Of a stretch of DNA of 64,000 bases, positions 1 to 12,854 are shown one piece after another. The notes under the pieces were generated by a model, which was given only the letters and a program-made list of their open reading frames with translations, was not told the origin of the DNA and made no database searches. The position numbers were made by a program, and so were the translations under genes. The first letter of the stretch is position 1, and the number at the start of each line of letters is the position of its first letter. The DNA lies in NCBI RefSeq assembly GCF_006345805.1, contig NC_043007.1, forward strand, positions 35,154,001 to 35,218,000, read 5' to 3'. The stretch is from Octopus sinensis. Its lineage: Eukaryota.

Positions 1-532
1 AAGCAATATCATGAGGTTTAGTAAGGGAAAACTTAAAACAAGCTGATAATTAAGGGGGTCGCCTACTAGCAGACTATTGGATAAACTAGTCTATAATTTT
101 TTTTTTTTTTTTTTTGCTTGGACACCGGCTTTTCTTAAAAGGTTTCCCTTTATCTTAAAAAGTAACTTTTAATCGTAAAAATTTATTAATCGATGAACTT
201 TTATCTATATCTTATGTATTTGTATGTTTTTAAACATACGTATTTTCATATTTTTATATATTTATTATTCTAGGTTTTATAATGTTAGAAAATTTTTTTA
301 GACGCTGAAGTTTTGATTTAAAAATTTTTTATATTGCGATAGACTGTACTCGCTTTTTTTTATATATATACTTGTCTAAATGAAATATTGTTTCATCTTC
401 TGTGATTTTGTGTATCAGTATTCTATGTATAAGAAAAAAGCATTATGTTTCTTTATATGAGATTAAATGTTCAAGATGTGATATGTTAAGTGGATGACCT
501 TAAATTTGTTATAGTTCTACAACCAAAGTTTG

Positions 533-570
<38 letters not shown>

Positions 571-666
571 CGGGAAGCTTTATGAAAATAAACAAAAGAC
601 GAAGGCAGGTGGAATACAAACAAACAATTGTATTAGTATGGCGCTCAGGAATATAAATAAAATAAG

Positions 667-704
667 TCTTTTACGTTTCGAGCCTACGCTCTTCAACAGA
701 AAGA
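667..704 (-). ncRNA. Minimal type I hammerhead-like motif with A6U core variant
   Basis: Minus strand reads tcttt-CTGTTGA-a-gagc-gtag-gctc-GAAAC-GTA-aaaga: 5-bp stem I, 4-bp stem II, ACGT palindrome in place of stem III; about 100 bp from the (TA)n run at 535-570. Confidence 0.6.
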
Positions 705-1242
705 TACACAGAAAAGAAACACGGAGAGAAACAAGGAAGAAAAAAAATGCGTGCAGAAGCTAGCGAATCAACATGGCGATCATGTATGTATATAAATATA
801 CATACATACAAACATACACACACACACACACACAACACACACACACAAATAAGTACACTATCTTTATGCTCATCTCCTGTAGATTAACTTCATTCTCATG
901 TATTAAATTTTGTTTTAGATATACACCACACTAAGTAATGTTTTTAACTGTCAGGTTATAACTTAATTCAAATATAGCCATGCCTTTCCATTGGACATTT
1001 CTGTACAATTTTTGCCTTATGCGATTTATTTGGAGCTAAATTTTTTTATCTCCTTACTCATCGAGGGAACGTCTCTGAAATCTCTTTTACTTATATTTTC
1101 AAATAACCGTTATAGCCTTTAGTTACAGTTAAAACCTTACTGGACTCACATATCTCTTTTTCTCATAAGGATAAATATGAATCTCCTAGATTCTATTCTG
1201 CTATTACCTTCCTCAAGTTCTTTGTAAAAAATTTGTTTATAC

Positions 1243-1354
1243 TTCTTGGACTGAAGTGTACATTGATATATAATTAATTTATTTAATTTAATTCAATTCA
1301 ATCATAAATTTGAATTATTGTTATATCTCTGTATGAAACGATCGTCTGCATGAA
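1243..1354 (+). ncRNA. Degenerate hammerhead ribozyme in a PLE-like terminus
   Basis: CTGAAGT (A9 altered), long stem II gtaca..gatatataa/ttatatc..tgtat, GAAAC-GATC-GTC, weak stem I; followed by about 100 bp and then (TA)n. Confidence 0.45.
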
Positions 1355-1450
1355 TTAGAATACTCATATATATTTTAACAACTTCTCTTCTCCGTTTTTA
1401 ACTGAATTGTTGTGCTTTATGGGATTTCTTTCCATAAATTCACAACACAT

Positions 1451-1494
<44 letters not shown>

Positions 1495-1650
1495 AAACAT
1501 CAATCAACTTAAGTAAACGCACTAATTGGTCAGAATACAGTTAGCAAAACATAACATTTTGGAGTCTATACAAATGCATTTAATGCACACATTTTAGCCA
1601 TCTCACTACTGTTGTGAATTGTAAAACATAAGTTTCACCACTACTATATC

Positions 1651-1691
1651 AACCTGAAGATTGCATAGTTTAATGCATGAAAGTACTAGTT
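1651..1691 (+). ncRNA. Minimal type I hammerhead ribozyme
   Basis: aac-CTGAAGA-t-tgca-tagtttaa-tgca-t-GAAA-gtac-TA-gtt: 3-bp stem I, 4-bp stem II, one-bp stem III with palindromic GTAC loop. Confidence 0.6.
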
Positions 1692-1852
1692 TAACCGGAT
1701 TGAACATTTGATATTCTATCATTTCATTATATTATATTATATTATACTATATTATTATAAGATTGTAAATAAAACATGAAAATTCAAGTTGGAATTCCTT
1801 TGATTAATATTTTCTTCTCAAAAATCATACACCCCGTGTGTGTGTATATATA

Positions 1853-1905
<53 letters not shown>

Positions 1906-2157
1906 ATATATATATGTATGTATGTATGTATGTATATATAAATAAAATACAAAATGGGACAATATATATATAAAATATATATATAGAAATTAAAAAAGGA
2001 AAAACGCACACTCTTTACATAGTTTTAATATAATTTTTAATATATCGACCGATTTCGCTATCGCTGTTCATGATATTATATTTTAATTATGGCCGCACTC
2101 AAATGCCTGAACAAGTAAAAGAAAATATGTGTAATATATATATATATATATATATAG

Positions 2158-2207
<50 letters not shown>

Positions 2208-2211
<4 letters not shown>

Positions 2212-2640
2212 TAGAGATCTAACTAGATCTCAAAAAGTATAAAAATGAATAATCAATATCTAATAAGTAAAAAAAACTACGTACGTTTCATGGCTACATT
2301 CTTTTTATATTTTTACTTGTTTCAGGCATTTTCGTGCGACCATGCTGGAGTACCGCGTTGAATGGTTACAGTATATATATATATATATGTTATACTTATA
2401 CATTCATACACATTTGCGTATGCATGTATAATCTGAACAAACAACATACACACTGTTATTGTATGACTGTCACCTTAAACAAAAAGCAAACATTGACTTT
2501 TTGCGAGGATTGAAAGTGCAGCGCTCCGCGATCTAGACTTGCAGGAAAGCTTAACTGTTGCTCTGTCTATCCGCACCGCGCGCCTCCCAACTCCCGGCAA
2601 CTTGTAACAAACATAAACAAGCTACAGGCGTAACAAACAA
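2208..2640 (+). repeat. Local duplication, copy 1 (uninterrupted)
   Basis: Nearly identical to 5148-5316 plus 5911-6162. Confidence 0.9.
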
Positions 2641-2689
2641 TCGGGATTGATTGCAATAACTGCAGCAACAGCTACAACAACATAAACAA

Positions 2690-3470
2690 AAGCAGGAGCC
2701 GCAAGGCCAACGGCAATGATCGTGGTAACAAAAATTATAGAGTGGTGGTGATGGCGGCGGCGGTGGTGGTGGTGGTGGTGGTGGTAGTGGTGGCGGCGGC
2801 AGGGTGGTGGTGGTGTGGTGGTGGTGGTGGTGACGGCGGCGGCGGCGGCGGCGGCGGTGGTGGTGGTGGTGGTGATGGCGGTAGTGGTGATGGTGGTGGT
2901 GGCGGTGGCGGTTGCGGTGGTGGCGGCGGCGGCGGTGGTGACGGCGGTGGTGGTTGGTCGGCAGACATTCACAGCAATAGTGGCGGCAGCAGCTGCAACA
3001 GCGGCTGCGGCAGAAACAACAATCAGAGCAACAATAACAACCTCCATAATATTAGCAGCAGCAGCGGCAGCAGCGGCAGCAGCGGCAGCAGCGGCAGCAG
3101 CGGCAGCAGCGGTAGCAGCGGCAGCAGTAGCAGCAGCGACATCAATAACATCTACAACAATAAGATCTGCAACAATAAGATCAAAAACGACAATAACAAA
3201 AATAAACAATTACAACAACAACAACAACAATAACAACAGCAGCAGCACCAGTAAATAAGGACATAATACTAACAACTAGAACAACAACAACAACAAAAAG
3301 AGCAATAACGACAACAGCAACAACAACAACAACAGCAACAACAACAGCAACAACAACAGCGATAATTTCAATATCGATCAATCTCTTGAGAAACACAATT
3401 TCCTAAGGATGTTTTTTAAGTCTAGACGGGCATTAATTACTTTCAAAATAAATATAAATAAACATTGTTG

Positions 3471-3502
<32 letters not shown>

Positions 3503-3571
3503 GTTGTTGTTGTTTGTTGTTGTTGTGTGTTGTGTGTGTTGTTGTTGTTGTTGTTGTGTTGTTGTGTGTTG

Positions 3572-3611
<40 letters not shown>

Positions 3612-3797
3612 GATGATGATGATGATGAGATGATGATGATAAAGGTGGTGGGGGTGATGGTGTTGTTGGTGTGGTGGCGATGGCGATGGTGATAGTGGTG
3701 ATGGCGGTGGTTGTGGTGGTTACGGTGGTGGCCGCAATGTCAGTGGTGGTGGTGATGATGATGATGATGATGACGACGACGACGACGATGGCGGTAG

Positions 3798-3831
<34 letters not shown>

Positions 3832-4115
3832 GGTGGTGGTGGTGGTTACGGTGGTGGCCACGATGTCAGTGGTGGTGGTGATGATGATGATGATGACGAC
3901 GACGACGACGACGATGGCGGTAGTGATGATGATGATGGTGGTGGTGGTGGTGTGGTGCTGGTGGTAGTGGTGGTGGTAGCGGCGGCGGCGCGGCTGCGGC
4001 GTTGGTGGTGACTATGATGATGATGATGATGACGATGATGATGACGATGATGATGATGATGACGATGATGATGATGATGATGATGATGACGACGACGACG
4101 ACGACGATGATGATT
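2690..4115. repeat. Compound trinucleotide microsatellite (GGT/GGC/AGC/AAC/GTT/GAT)
   Basis: Directly visible; ORFs in several frames are homopolymeric. Confidence 0.95.
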
Positions 4116-4684
4116 AAAGTATGATGATGCTTTCTTATATTTGCTTGAGGGCTGTCTGAAGAGAGTTTACAATTCGGAGGGGGTTTGCATAAAGAAAAGA
4201 AGTTTTGTTGCATAGACACAAAGCTACAAATATGTGTAGTGGCTGATTCTATTAAACAGCTCCAAGTACTTGACCCACACTTGACTGTAAAGCACATTTC
4301 TCTTTTCTGTACATTTCCGTTTCATTCAGTATCATTATTATAAATTAACTTGCAATACGTTTTGACCACAAGACTTTTGACATCTATTCCTTTAATTTTT
4401 GATGAAGGACCATCTGTCCAAAACGTAATAATATAGAAGCTTGAAAGTAATATATTAACTTTATATTTGTTTCCTCATTTTAGTGTCCTCTTTTTAAAAT
4501 AATTCAATAATCCCTACTTTTCTCAGATGACGCTAGATCGTTAGATCTATGATTATATACGCATATATTTGTGTGTGTATATGTATGCATATTATATCTA
4601 TATAATTGCTAAAGAGAACAACAAACGTTAAAGCAAGGCAAACATTTCAAGTCATATACATTATTATCACTGGAAAAAATTGAG

Positions 4685-4738
4685 TCTTACAGCTGTTTCT
4701 GGAATATCCCAGAGTATGGGATATTCCATCATCAGAGA
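4685..4738 (-). ncRNA. Minimal type I hammerhead ribozyme with canonical core
   Basis: Minus strand reads tct-CTGATGA-tggaatatccc-atactct-gggatattcca-GAAAC-AGCT-GTA-aga: perfect 11-bp stem II, palindromic AGCT loop, GUA cleavage triplet. Confidence 0.85.
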
Positions 4739-5096
4739 TAAATAGAGAAAATAAGAAGGGTATTAATGAAATGACGACAAAGATGACAGGAGTTAAGGAA
4801 TAAGGAGATGAAGAGTGAGAAAAAAGAAGCATAAAAGTTCACAGTTCAAATTTCCGATGTTGAGGAAATACGTCCATAAGTCCTTAGGTGCAATCTTGCG
4901 TAGATTAAAGTCCTGATATTGTAAATAACCAGAAAAAAAGACGCGGACATATCAACGTTCTGTAACAGAATGGTAGTGGAGGTGGCTATTAAGTGGTAAA
5001 GGGAAAGAAAGGTAAATAAATAGTAAGAGAAGTAGATAGATTGAAGGGGGAAGTTAAGGATGGGCTTTAGGATAAAGTAAGGTTATATATATTAGA

Positions 5097-5139
<43 letters not shown>

Positions 5140-5317
5140 ATATAATACAAATTAGAGATCTAACTAGATCTCAAAATGTATAAAAATGAATAATCAATAT
5201 CTAATAAGTAAAAAAAACTACGTACGTTTCATGGCTACATTCTTTTTATTTTTTTACTTGTTTCAGCCATTTTCGTGCGACCATGCTGGAGTACCGCGTT
5301 GAATGGTTACAGTATAT

Positions 5318-5369
<52 letters not shown>

Positions 5370-5371
<2 letters not shown>

Positions 5372-5841
5372 AAAAGCAATAAAGATTCAAGTTAATTTAA
5401 ATGAATTTACTTGAATATGGTACCTAACTTAGATGCACCAAAAAAAACTATACTGTTTTAACAATACAGTAATGCGGGGTGATTATAAGCGGGAAAGAAG
5501 CAACAAGAATGGATAGGTTTTTAGTACAATCGTTTCATACAAGGTCACCTTCTCTGTGATGCTATTAAAACTTTTTTAAAATTCTGTGATAAGACTGTAC
5601 ATCATCTTTAAAGAACTGTAATGAACTTTGGAAATCTGTTTATGTTTATGTTACTTAATTATCTACATTACTTCATGAGTATAGCCTCAACCACTAGGAT
5701 GTCTAGAGAACTTACATGTATTTTAGCTGATGAGTACGGGACACGTTTATATGCTGTAATTTTTACAACTTTTAATAAAGCCTGTCTTGTATGAAACGAT
5801 TGTACTAAAAACCTATCCATTCTTGTTGCTTCTTTCCCGCT

Positions 5842-5844
<3 letters not shown>
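5370..5844. mobile_element. Inverted pair of PLE-like termini inserted in (TA)n
   Basis: Perfect 59-bp inverted repeat (5485-5543 and 5786-5844); contains an HHR; left part resembles 53713-53870. Confidence 0.75.
5721..5810 (+). ncRNA. Type I hammerhead ribozyme with extended stem II
   Basis: ttttag-CTGATGA-gtacgggaca...tgtcttgtat-GAAAC-gatt-GTA-ctaaaa: 6-bp stem I, 10-bp stem II with G-U pairs, predicted cleavage after 5804. Confidence 0.85.
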
Positions 5845-5873
<29 letters not shown>

Positions 5874-6538
5874 ATTATATATATATATATTATATATATA
5901 TATATATATATGTTATATTATACATTCATACACATTTGCGTATGCATGTATAATCTGAACAAACAACATACACACTGTTATTGTATGATTGTCACCTTAA
6001 ACAAAAAGCAAACATTGACTTTTTGCGAGGATTGAAAGTGCAGCGCTCCACGATCTAGACTTGCAGGAAAGCTTAACTGTTGCTCTGTCTATCCGCACCG
6101 CGCGCCTCCCAACTCCCGGCAACTTGTAACAAACATAAACAAACTACAGCCGTAACAAACAATATATATATATATATAGTGTCTAAGAATATATTGTACA
6201 AAGAAAACCGAGAAGATAAGAGAGAGGATGAGAAGGTAGAGGAAGGTAGGGGAGGAGATGAGGAGGTAGAGGAAGATAACGTTAACAAATATACAAAATA
6301 GAGCAAAATGGAAGGAATTTAAAGAGAGTAGTGGGTGCCAGTTGTATTCTTCTAGTCTATATGGATTGGAGAGGAAATCTAGTAGTAAATACTTGTGTCC
6401 GTTCTGGCTGTAGAGTTATTTCTAGCAATGGGGTTATGGGGATGTGGGTAGTTGAGAATAGAGGAACTAGTTGAATGCTAAATTATTTAAGAGTGGGAGT
6501 TAGAATTAAATATTAGGGGGTTTATTGGGTTAATGTTT

Positions 6539-6965
6539 GAGTGGCTGTGTGGTAAGTAGCTTGCTAACCAACCACATGGTTCCGGGTTCAGTCCCACTGC
6601 GTGGCATCTTGGGCAAGTGTCTTCTGCTATAGCCCCGGGCCGACCAATGCCTTGTGAGTGGATTTGGTAGACGGAAACTGAAGAAAGAAGCCTGTCGTAT
6701 ATATGATATATATATATGTATGTGTGGTGTTGTGTGTGGTGTTGTGTGTGTGTGTTGTGTGTCTGTGTTTGTCCCCCTAGCATTGCTTGACAACCGATGC
6801 TGGTGTGTTTACGTCCCCGTCACCTAGCGGGTCGGCAAAAGAGAACGATAGAATAAGTACTGGGCTTACAAAGAATAATTCCCGGGGTCGATTTGCTCGA
6901 CTAAAGGCGGTGCTCCAGCATGGCCACAGTCAAATGACTGAAACAAGTAAAAGAGTAAAAGAGTA
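6539..6965 (+). mobile_element. tRNA-derived SINE, family B (CORE-like segment)
   Basis: gagtggctgtgtggtaagtagcttgc head, ttgggcaagtgtcttc segment, gactgaaacaagtaaaagag tail; many copies in the window. Confidence 0.85.
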
Positions 6966-7337
6966 TAGATTAAAGAATTCATATTTATCTTATAAAGTGA
7001 TGAGGTAAGGTAGATAGAAGAGATAAAGAGAGATAGGAGAGATAGAAGAGATAGAGGGGTATGTGCTAATGATCATAGATGTTTGTATGTGGGTGTTATT
7101 CGTGTGTGTGTGTGGGGGGGGGGTGAAGTTACATTTAGCTTTATGAAAGAATTTAAAATTTGGAAGAATTTGTGCTTACACGTTTTGTTTATTAAGCAAT
7201 TGTGGTGAATTAAGGGTTAAAATTTTGAGGGCTTCTTTTAAGCAAAGTCCACAAATAGAGTTTTAACCCTGAGTCTATTACACCTGAGTCTATAATAGCC
7301 CAGGAAAGTCTATCTTTCCTTTTCTTTTTTTTTTATT

Positions 7338-7740
7338 TTTACTTGTTTCAGTCATTTGACTGCGGCCATGCTGGAGCACCGCCTTTAGTCGAGCAAATCG
7401 ACCCCGGACTTATTCTTTGTAAAGCCCAAGTACTTATTCTATCGTTTTCCTTTGCCGAACTGCAAGTGAAGGGGACGTAAACACACCAGCATCGGTTGTC
7501 AAGCAATGCTAGAGGGACAAACACAGACACACAAACATATACACACACACACATATATATATATACACATATATACGACAGGCTTCTTTCAGTTTCCGTC
7601 TACCAAATCCACTCACAAGGCATTGGTCGGCCCGGGGCTATAGCAGAAGACACTTGCCCAAGATGCCACGCAGTGGGACTGAACCCGGAACCATGTGGTT
7701 GGTTAGCAAGCTACTTACCACACAGCCACTCCTGCGCCTA
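7338..7740 (-). mobile_element. SINE family B
   Basis: Reverse complement of 6539-6965. Confidence 0.85.
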
Positions 7741-8149
7741 TTGTATTTTTCTATTAATTAGATGGTGTAAGTGGCTGGTTAGTGATGAGAATATATATGA
7801 GTGATAGTCACACTTGGCGATATGGCTTGCAGCTGGCCTTGTTCGGTATGCAACATCGATAAGTCAAAACAGTGACGAAACATCGATATCTGTAGCTCCG
7901 AGAAAGGATCTTGATGTGAGTTGTCTCGCTTGAGAGTAACTTACTTTCAGGTATTTTTTACACCAGGCGCATAGAGAATATATTCTCCTACGCCTAAAAG
8001 CTGCAGCTGACTCACGAACTAACAACACACATCATACCCTGCGTATATGTTCGACTTAGTTTATTCATATGTGTGTGTATTATGTATGTATGTATGTATG
8101 TATGTATGTTGTATGTATGTATGTATGTATGTATGTATGTATGTATGTA

Positions 8150-8432
8150 TGTATGTCATTATTCAGTTTTAATTCAAGATTTCTTGCCAATAGAGAAAAA
8201 GCCGATTCCTAACTTAGATCTAAGTCTCGTACATTCGAATTTCCACATCAACAGGGTATTGTTGTATGTTTGTACACGCGCAGATTTGTATACTTTGTTT
8301 TATGCATGTATTCTCATACATGTCTGCATATGCTATATACTCATATATACTTAATTGATAAACTTTTGGAAAGTTTTATAGATTTTTACAGTTCTAGTGA
8401 TGGAGTGGATCTGTAGTCTTCGAATCAGCTTT
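8150..8432 (+). repeat. Dispersed repeat associated with (TATG)n
   Basis: cattattcagtttt...ggatctgtagtctt shared with 58722-59110; both copies follow (TATG)n. Confidence 0.65.
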
Positions 8433-8832
8433 CGAGTGGCTGTGTAGTAAGTAGCTTGCTTACGAACCGCATAGTTCCGGGTTCAGTCCCACTGCGTGGA
8501 ACCTTGGGCAAGTGTCTTCTATTATAGCCTCGGGCCGACCAAAGCCTTGTTAGTGGATTTGGTAGACGGAAACTGAAAGAAGCCCGTCGTATATATGTAT
8601 GTATATGCATGTGTATGTATATGCTTGTGTCTGTGTTTGTCCCCTCAATATCGCTTGACAACCGATGCTGATGTGTTTACGTCACCGTAACATAGCGGTT
8701 CGGCAAAAGAGACCGATAGAATAAGTTCTAGGCTTACAAAGAATAAGTCCTGGGATCGATTTGCTCGACTTAAGGCGGTGCTCCAGCATGGCCACAGTCA
8801 AATGACTGTAACAAGTAAAAGACTAAAAGAGA
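8433..8832 (+). mobile_element. SINE family B
   Basis: Matches 6539-6965. Confidence 0.85.
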
Positions 8833-10599
8833 GTAACTGCAAATTTCTCAATAGTTCAGCATAGGTATTTTCTGTTTCAATAATTTTTAGTTTTATGTTA
8901 ATGTCCACTTGGCAGCTGATATCCACATCTGTACACAATTTCTCTTATGGATGTACAACTGACTTCTAGAAGTCTAAAAATCTACAATTTATATATATAT
9001 ATATATATACATACAAACCTAAATTGCCTGACCAAAAGGAAGTTGATTTGTTGTTGAGAAATCGTTTCCGACCGCATAGTTTTCGATTCGAGGATTTTAC
9101 AACTCAATACAAAACCAGACGTTTCAAAAAAGAAGACAAGGATGTGAAAATAACAAACATATACACCAACATCACAAGAATTGATTTAAATATAAGTTGA
9201 TCATTTCAGTTAAATTTCTCGAATGTTCTCCGAGTTGTTTTTAAGTGAATAAATTTTGTAATACGTATTTTACTCATTTGGGCGATAATATAGATTTGCT
9301 GCATCAAAATTCTATTCAGTTTTTTTTTAATGATTTTAGTTTCTTTTTTTTTTATCGATTATCAATTTGCTTTCTTATTCTTTTATCATTTAGGAGGGTA
9401 GCCTTCGTTTTAAGCATAAGAGAACTAGTGTTTGCGGTACTGAGCTTAAACTACTTTTCAGGACTGTGCGTAACTGATTTTTTTCTTTTAATTTGGGATT
9501 TTTGTACCTTAAAATTTTAATTTTAAATTTAAAGAATTCTATTGAATAACTTATGAAATAATCAACTAGGAAAATTTGGATTGGCATAAAGCAATCTTTA
9601 TATACACGAATGGAGAACAGAGAATTTAGCTCAAAACACCAGATTTCCGAAGTTACCTGAAGAAGGGTTTCTAATCCCAAAATATTGAAATATAAAGCAA
9701 AAGTACAAACCATTAACTTCTATTACATCTTATAACTAACAGTGTTTGGGCCACAAACACACACACACACACACACACACACATATTAAGAGAACAGCTT
9801 TCATTTTGTACACGTTTTATTCATTCTTTATCTTTTTAATTTTTCTAATTGTTTTTTTTTCAGGTTTTTACAGTTTGTTTCGAACAGTAAAATCCCTCAA
9901 CTCATATTCGATGTTCCCAAACATTTACACACCCATTTTCAAGAATTATATATTTGACGGAGATTGTGAAGGTCAGGAAACTTTGAATATGAATTTAGGA
10001 ATTTTTTTTTGCTTTAAAGCAGATGTAAATAAAATGCTTTGCATCACCTTGTCCAGGAATCGAACTTCCGAACTTACGGTCACGGTCTCTGAATACAAAA
10101 TACAAAAAAAATCTGAAATATAGAAGACAGAACTTGAACAGTCGTGATTTATCACACACACACACGCATATATATGTATGTATATATATATATAATATAT
10201 ATATATATATATTATTAATATATATATATATATATATTATAATATATATATTATATATATATATATATACATACATACTATATCTCATCCCCACCCAAAG
10301 GATTACCAACGAAATCTTCGTCCCATTTAACCGGTTTAAACAACCATGCACAACAAACCCACACCACTTGCAATGATTACCAACGAAGGCCTCCTAGAAC
10401 ACCACACCCGAATATGGGATATCGGGATGCTCTCCTCAATACTGCTCCAAGAACACACACCATAAATCACAACAGGAGACCCCTAATCAACAAAGAACAA
10501 CTATATACTAGCTACCGTCCCAACCACCGCATTCATTTTTTAGACCCAATACGCAAACACAGAGACACAAGATAGCACCAAACAAGCAGGAGAACCAAA

Positions 10600-12854
10600 A
10601 AATAAAATTATTAATCTAACTCACAAGGAACTAACAGCAAACCAAATAACATACTTTCCAAAGGACTCAAGTTTACACCCACCCCACAACACCCCAACTA
10701 CAATGAAATGAAAGAAGACATCGCAGAATTCTGCAGAAAATTAAGACTTACTGAGGAGCTATACGATAAATACAACGAGGACGAATCGTTAGCCAGAAAT
10801 AGGAGTAACTACACCCCTCGAAAGGTAAGAATAAAACACTTGATGATTTCTGTGACCACATATCAAATTACCCATATCAACATATGCACAAACAAAAACA
10901 CAAACCAAACTTCAGCAAAAAAGAATGGGCTGAGTTGAACAAATTAAAACTAGATAAAACAATAACAATCAAAGAGGCCGATAAAGGGAGTGCTGTTGTC
11001 TTAATGGATACGACATTTTACATAACTTTGGTACTTTCTATGCTGGAAGACACAACATACTATGAAAAGGCACAAAACTACAGTCAACAAAAATAATGAG
11101 GGAACTAAAATCCATATTAAACCCATACAAAGCAGGGCTCACCGACAAAGAATATGATTATATGACCAATTTCACAAGTAAAACTAGCCAATTCTACGGT
11201 ATACCTAAGATCCACAAAAGTGAAAAAATAAGCAACGCATGCAAGATAGCTACAGACAAAATAATTAAAGTCCCTAATCCTAATGACCTCAAATTGAGAC
11301 CCATAATAGCAGGTCCCGCATGCGAAACCCACCGCCTCAGTAACTTTTTAGACACCCTGTTAAAACCACTCCTCAAACATGTCAAAAGCTATATAAGGAC
11401 GACTTAGATATGCTCAATCACCTACCGAATACTATAAACAAAACACCATACTGGTATCCTTCGATGTAGTCAACCTCTACTCCAATATCCCCCACAACCT
11501 AGGACTAGAGGCAATCCAATTCTGGCTAGAGAATCACGCCAACGAACTACCACACCGCATCAAAAAAGAATTTGTGATAGAAGGGGTTAAATTCATCCTG
11601 GAAAATAACTTCTTCGCCTTCAATGACAACTTCTACCGACAAAAATCGGGGACTGCGATGGGTACACGAATGGCCCCCTCCTTTGCCAACCTAGTCATAG
11701 GATACCTAGAGATCAGTCTGTATCGTAAGGTTCTAGAAAGATATGGCAGCCCTTTCTCCATCTACATAGAAAACAACTGGAAGATATCTAGATGACTGTT
11801 TCATCCTTTGGCATAAAAATATAGAAAAACTCATAGAATTCCAGAAAATTTTAAACGGACTGGACGTAAACATCCAATTCACGATGGAATATAGCCAACA
11901 ACAACTCCCCTTCCTCGATATCCTCATTAAGAAAGCTAATAATATAATAGAAACAGACATATACTATAAGCCTACAGACTCTAAGCAATATCTTCCATTC
12001 AATTCATGCCACCCCAGACACACCAGGATGAATATCCCCTTCAATCTAGCAAAAAGGATATGCACTATAGTCTCTAACGCAAACACCAGAGACACACGAC
12101 TACAAGAACTAAAAGATACCCTAATCACCAGGAACTATCCACCTTCACTTATTGACAAGTGCATTCAACGTGCCCTTCAACTTAACATCAAGGAACTGAG
12201 ACATCCCAAATCAAAGAAAAACTTACAACCAAAAGCCTTACCATACATCTCCACACACAACCCTCTCAATAACGAAGCCTTCGACACCATCCTCCACAAC
12301 ATACCCCTCCTAAAAAAAGACCACAGAATGAACACAATCCTCCAAACACACACGATCATAAAAAGCAAAAGACAGCCTAGATCCATGAAAAGTCTCCTTA
12401 CACAAGCCCGAATTCACTCTTCAACACAGAAGCCGACAGTAAAAAAATGTGGAAGACCCAATTGCGGGATATGCGACTATCTAATCGAGGGTTCTGAGTT
12501 CTCCTTCAAACAGGGACAACGGTTTACAGTGAAAAGCAACTTCACATGTGCTTCGGAGAACCTAATATACTCACTAACCTGCTCCGGGTGTCAAGAGCAG
12601 TACATAGGCCAAACAAAAAATGGTTTGCGTAAACGAATGGCCCTGCACAGATCCCAGATAAAAATTCCCCAAAACAGAAAAATAGCTTTTAGCCAACACA
12701 TAGATACTTGCGCCAACAAAAAACACCAAACTTCAGAATTTTCCCCCTCTACCAATTTAGGGACGATACAACCTCGAGACAAAGAATAAGTAAAGAAAAT
12801 CTCTTTATTACAAAATACAAGCCACTTCTTAACGGGTCTACGACAAACAATTAA
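10600..12854 (+). pseudogene. PLE polyprotein (reverse transcriptase + Cys-rich linker + GIY-YIG endonuclease), split by 7 frameshifts
   Basis: LSKGLKFTPTP; IKEADKGSAVV; FYGIPKIHK; LRPIIAG; SFDVVNLYSNIP; GTAMGTRMAPSFANL; YLDDCF; LPFLD; YYKPTDSKQYL; CGRPNCGIC; NLIYSLTCSGCQEQYIGQT; KENLFITKYKPLLN. Confidence 0.92.

Larger units (their letters stand above)
5148..6162 (+). repeat. Local duplication, copy 2, interrupted at its internal (TA)n by a PLE-like insert
   Basis: 5148-5316 and 5911-6162 match 2208-2640. Confidence 0.9.

Noticed and set aside
2042-2076. HHR-like fold on the minus strand (atatc-ATGAACA-gc gata gc-GAAA-tcg-GTC-gatat)
   Set aside because: Two non-compensatory core changes and a 2-bp stem II; at best a dead remnant
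2622-4297. Long ORFs rich in Gly/Ser/Asn/Gln/Val/His
   Set aside because: Pure trinucleotide repeats open in several frames on both strands; no domain
9655-9690. CTGAAGA-aggg..ccc-AAAA
   Set aside because: G12 missing and no stem I; too degenerate to call
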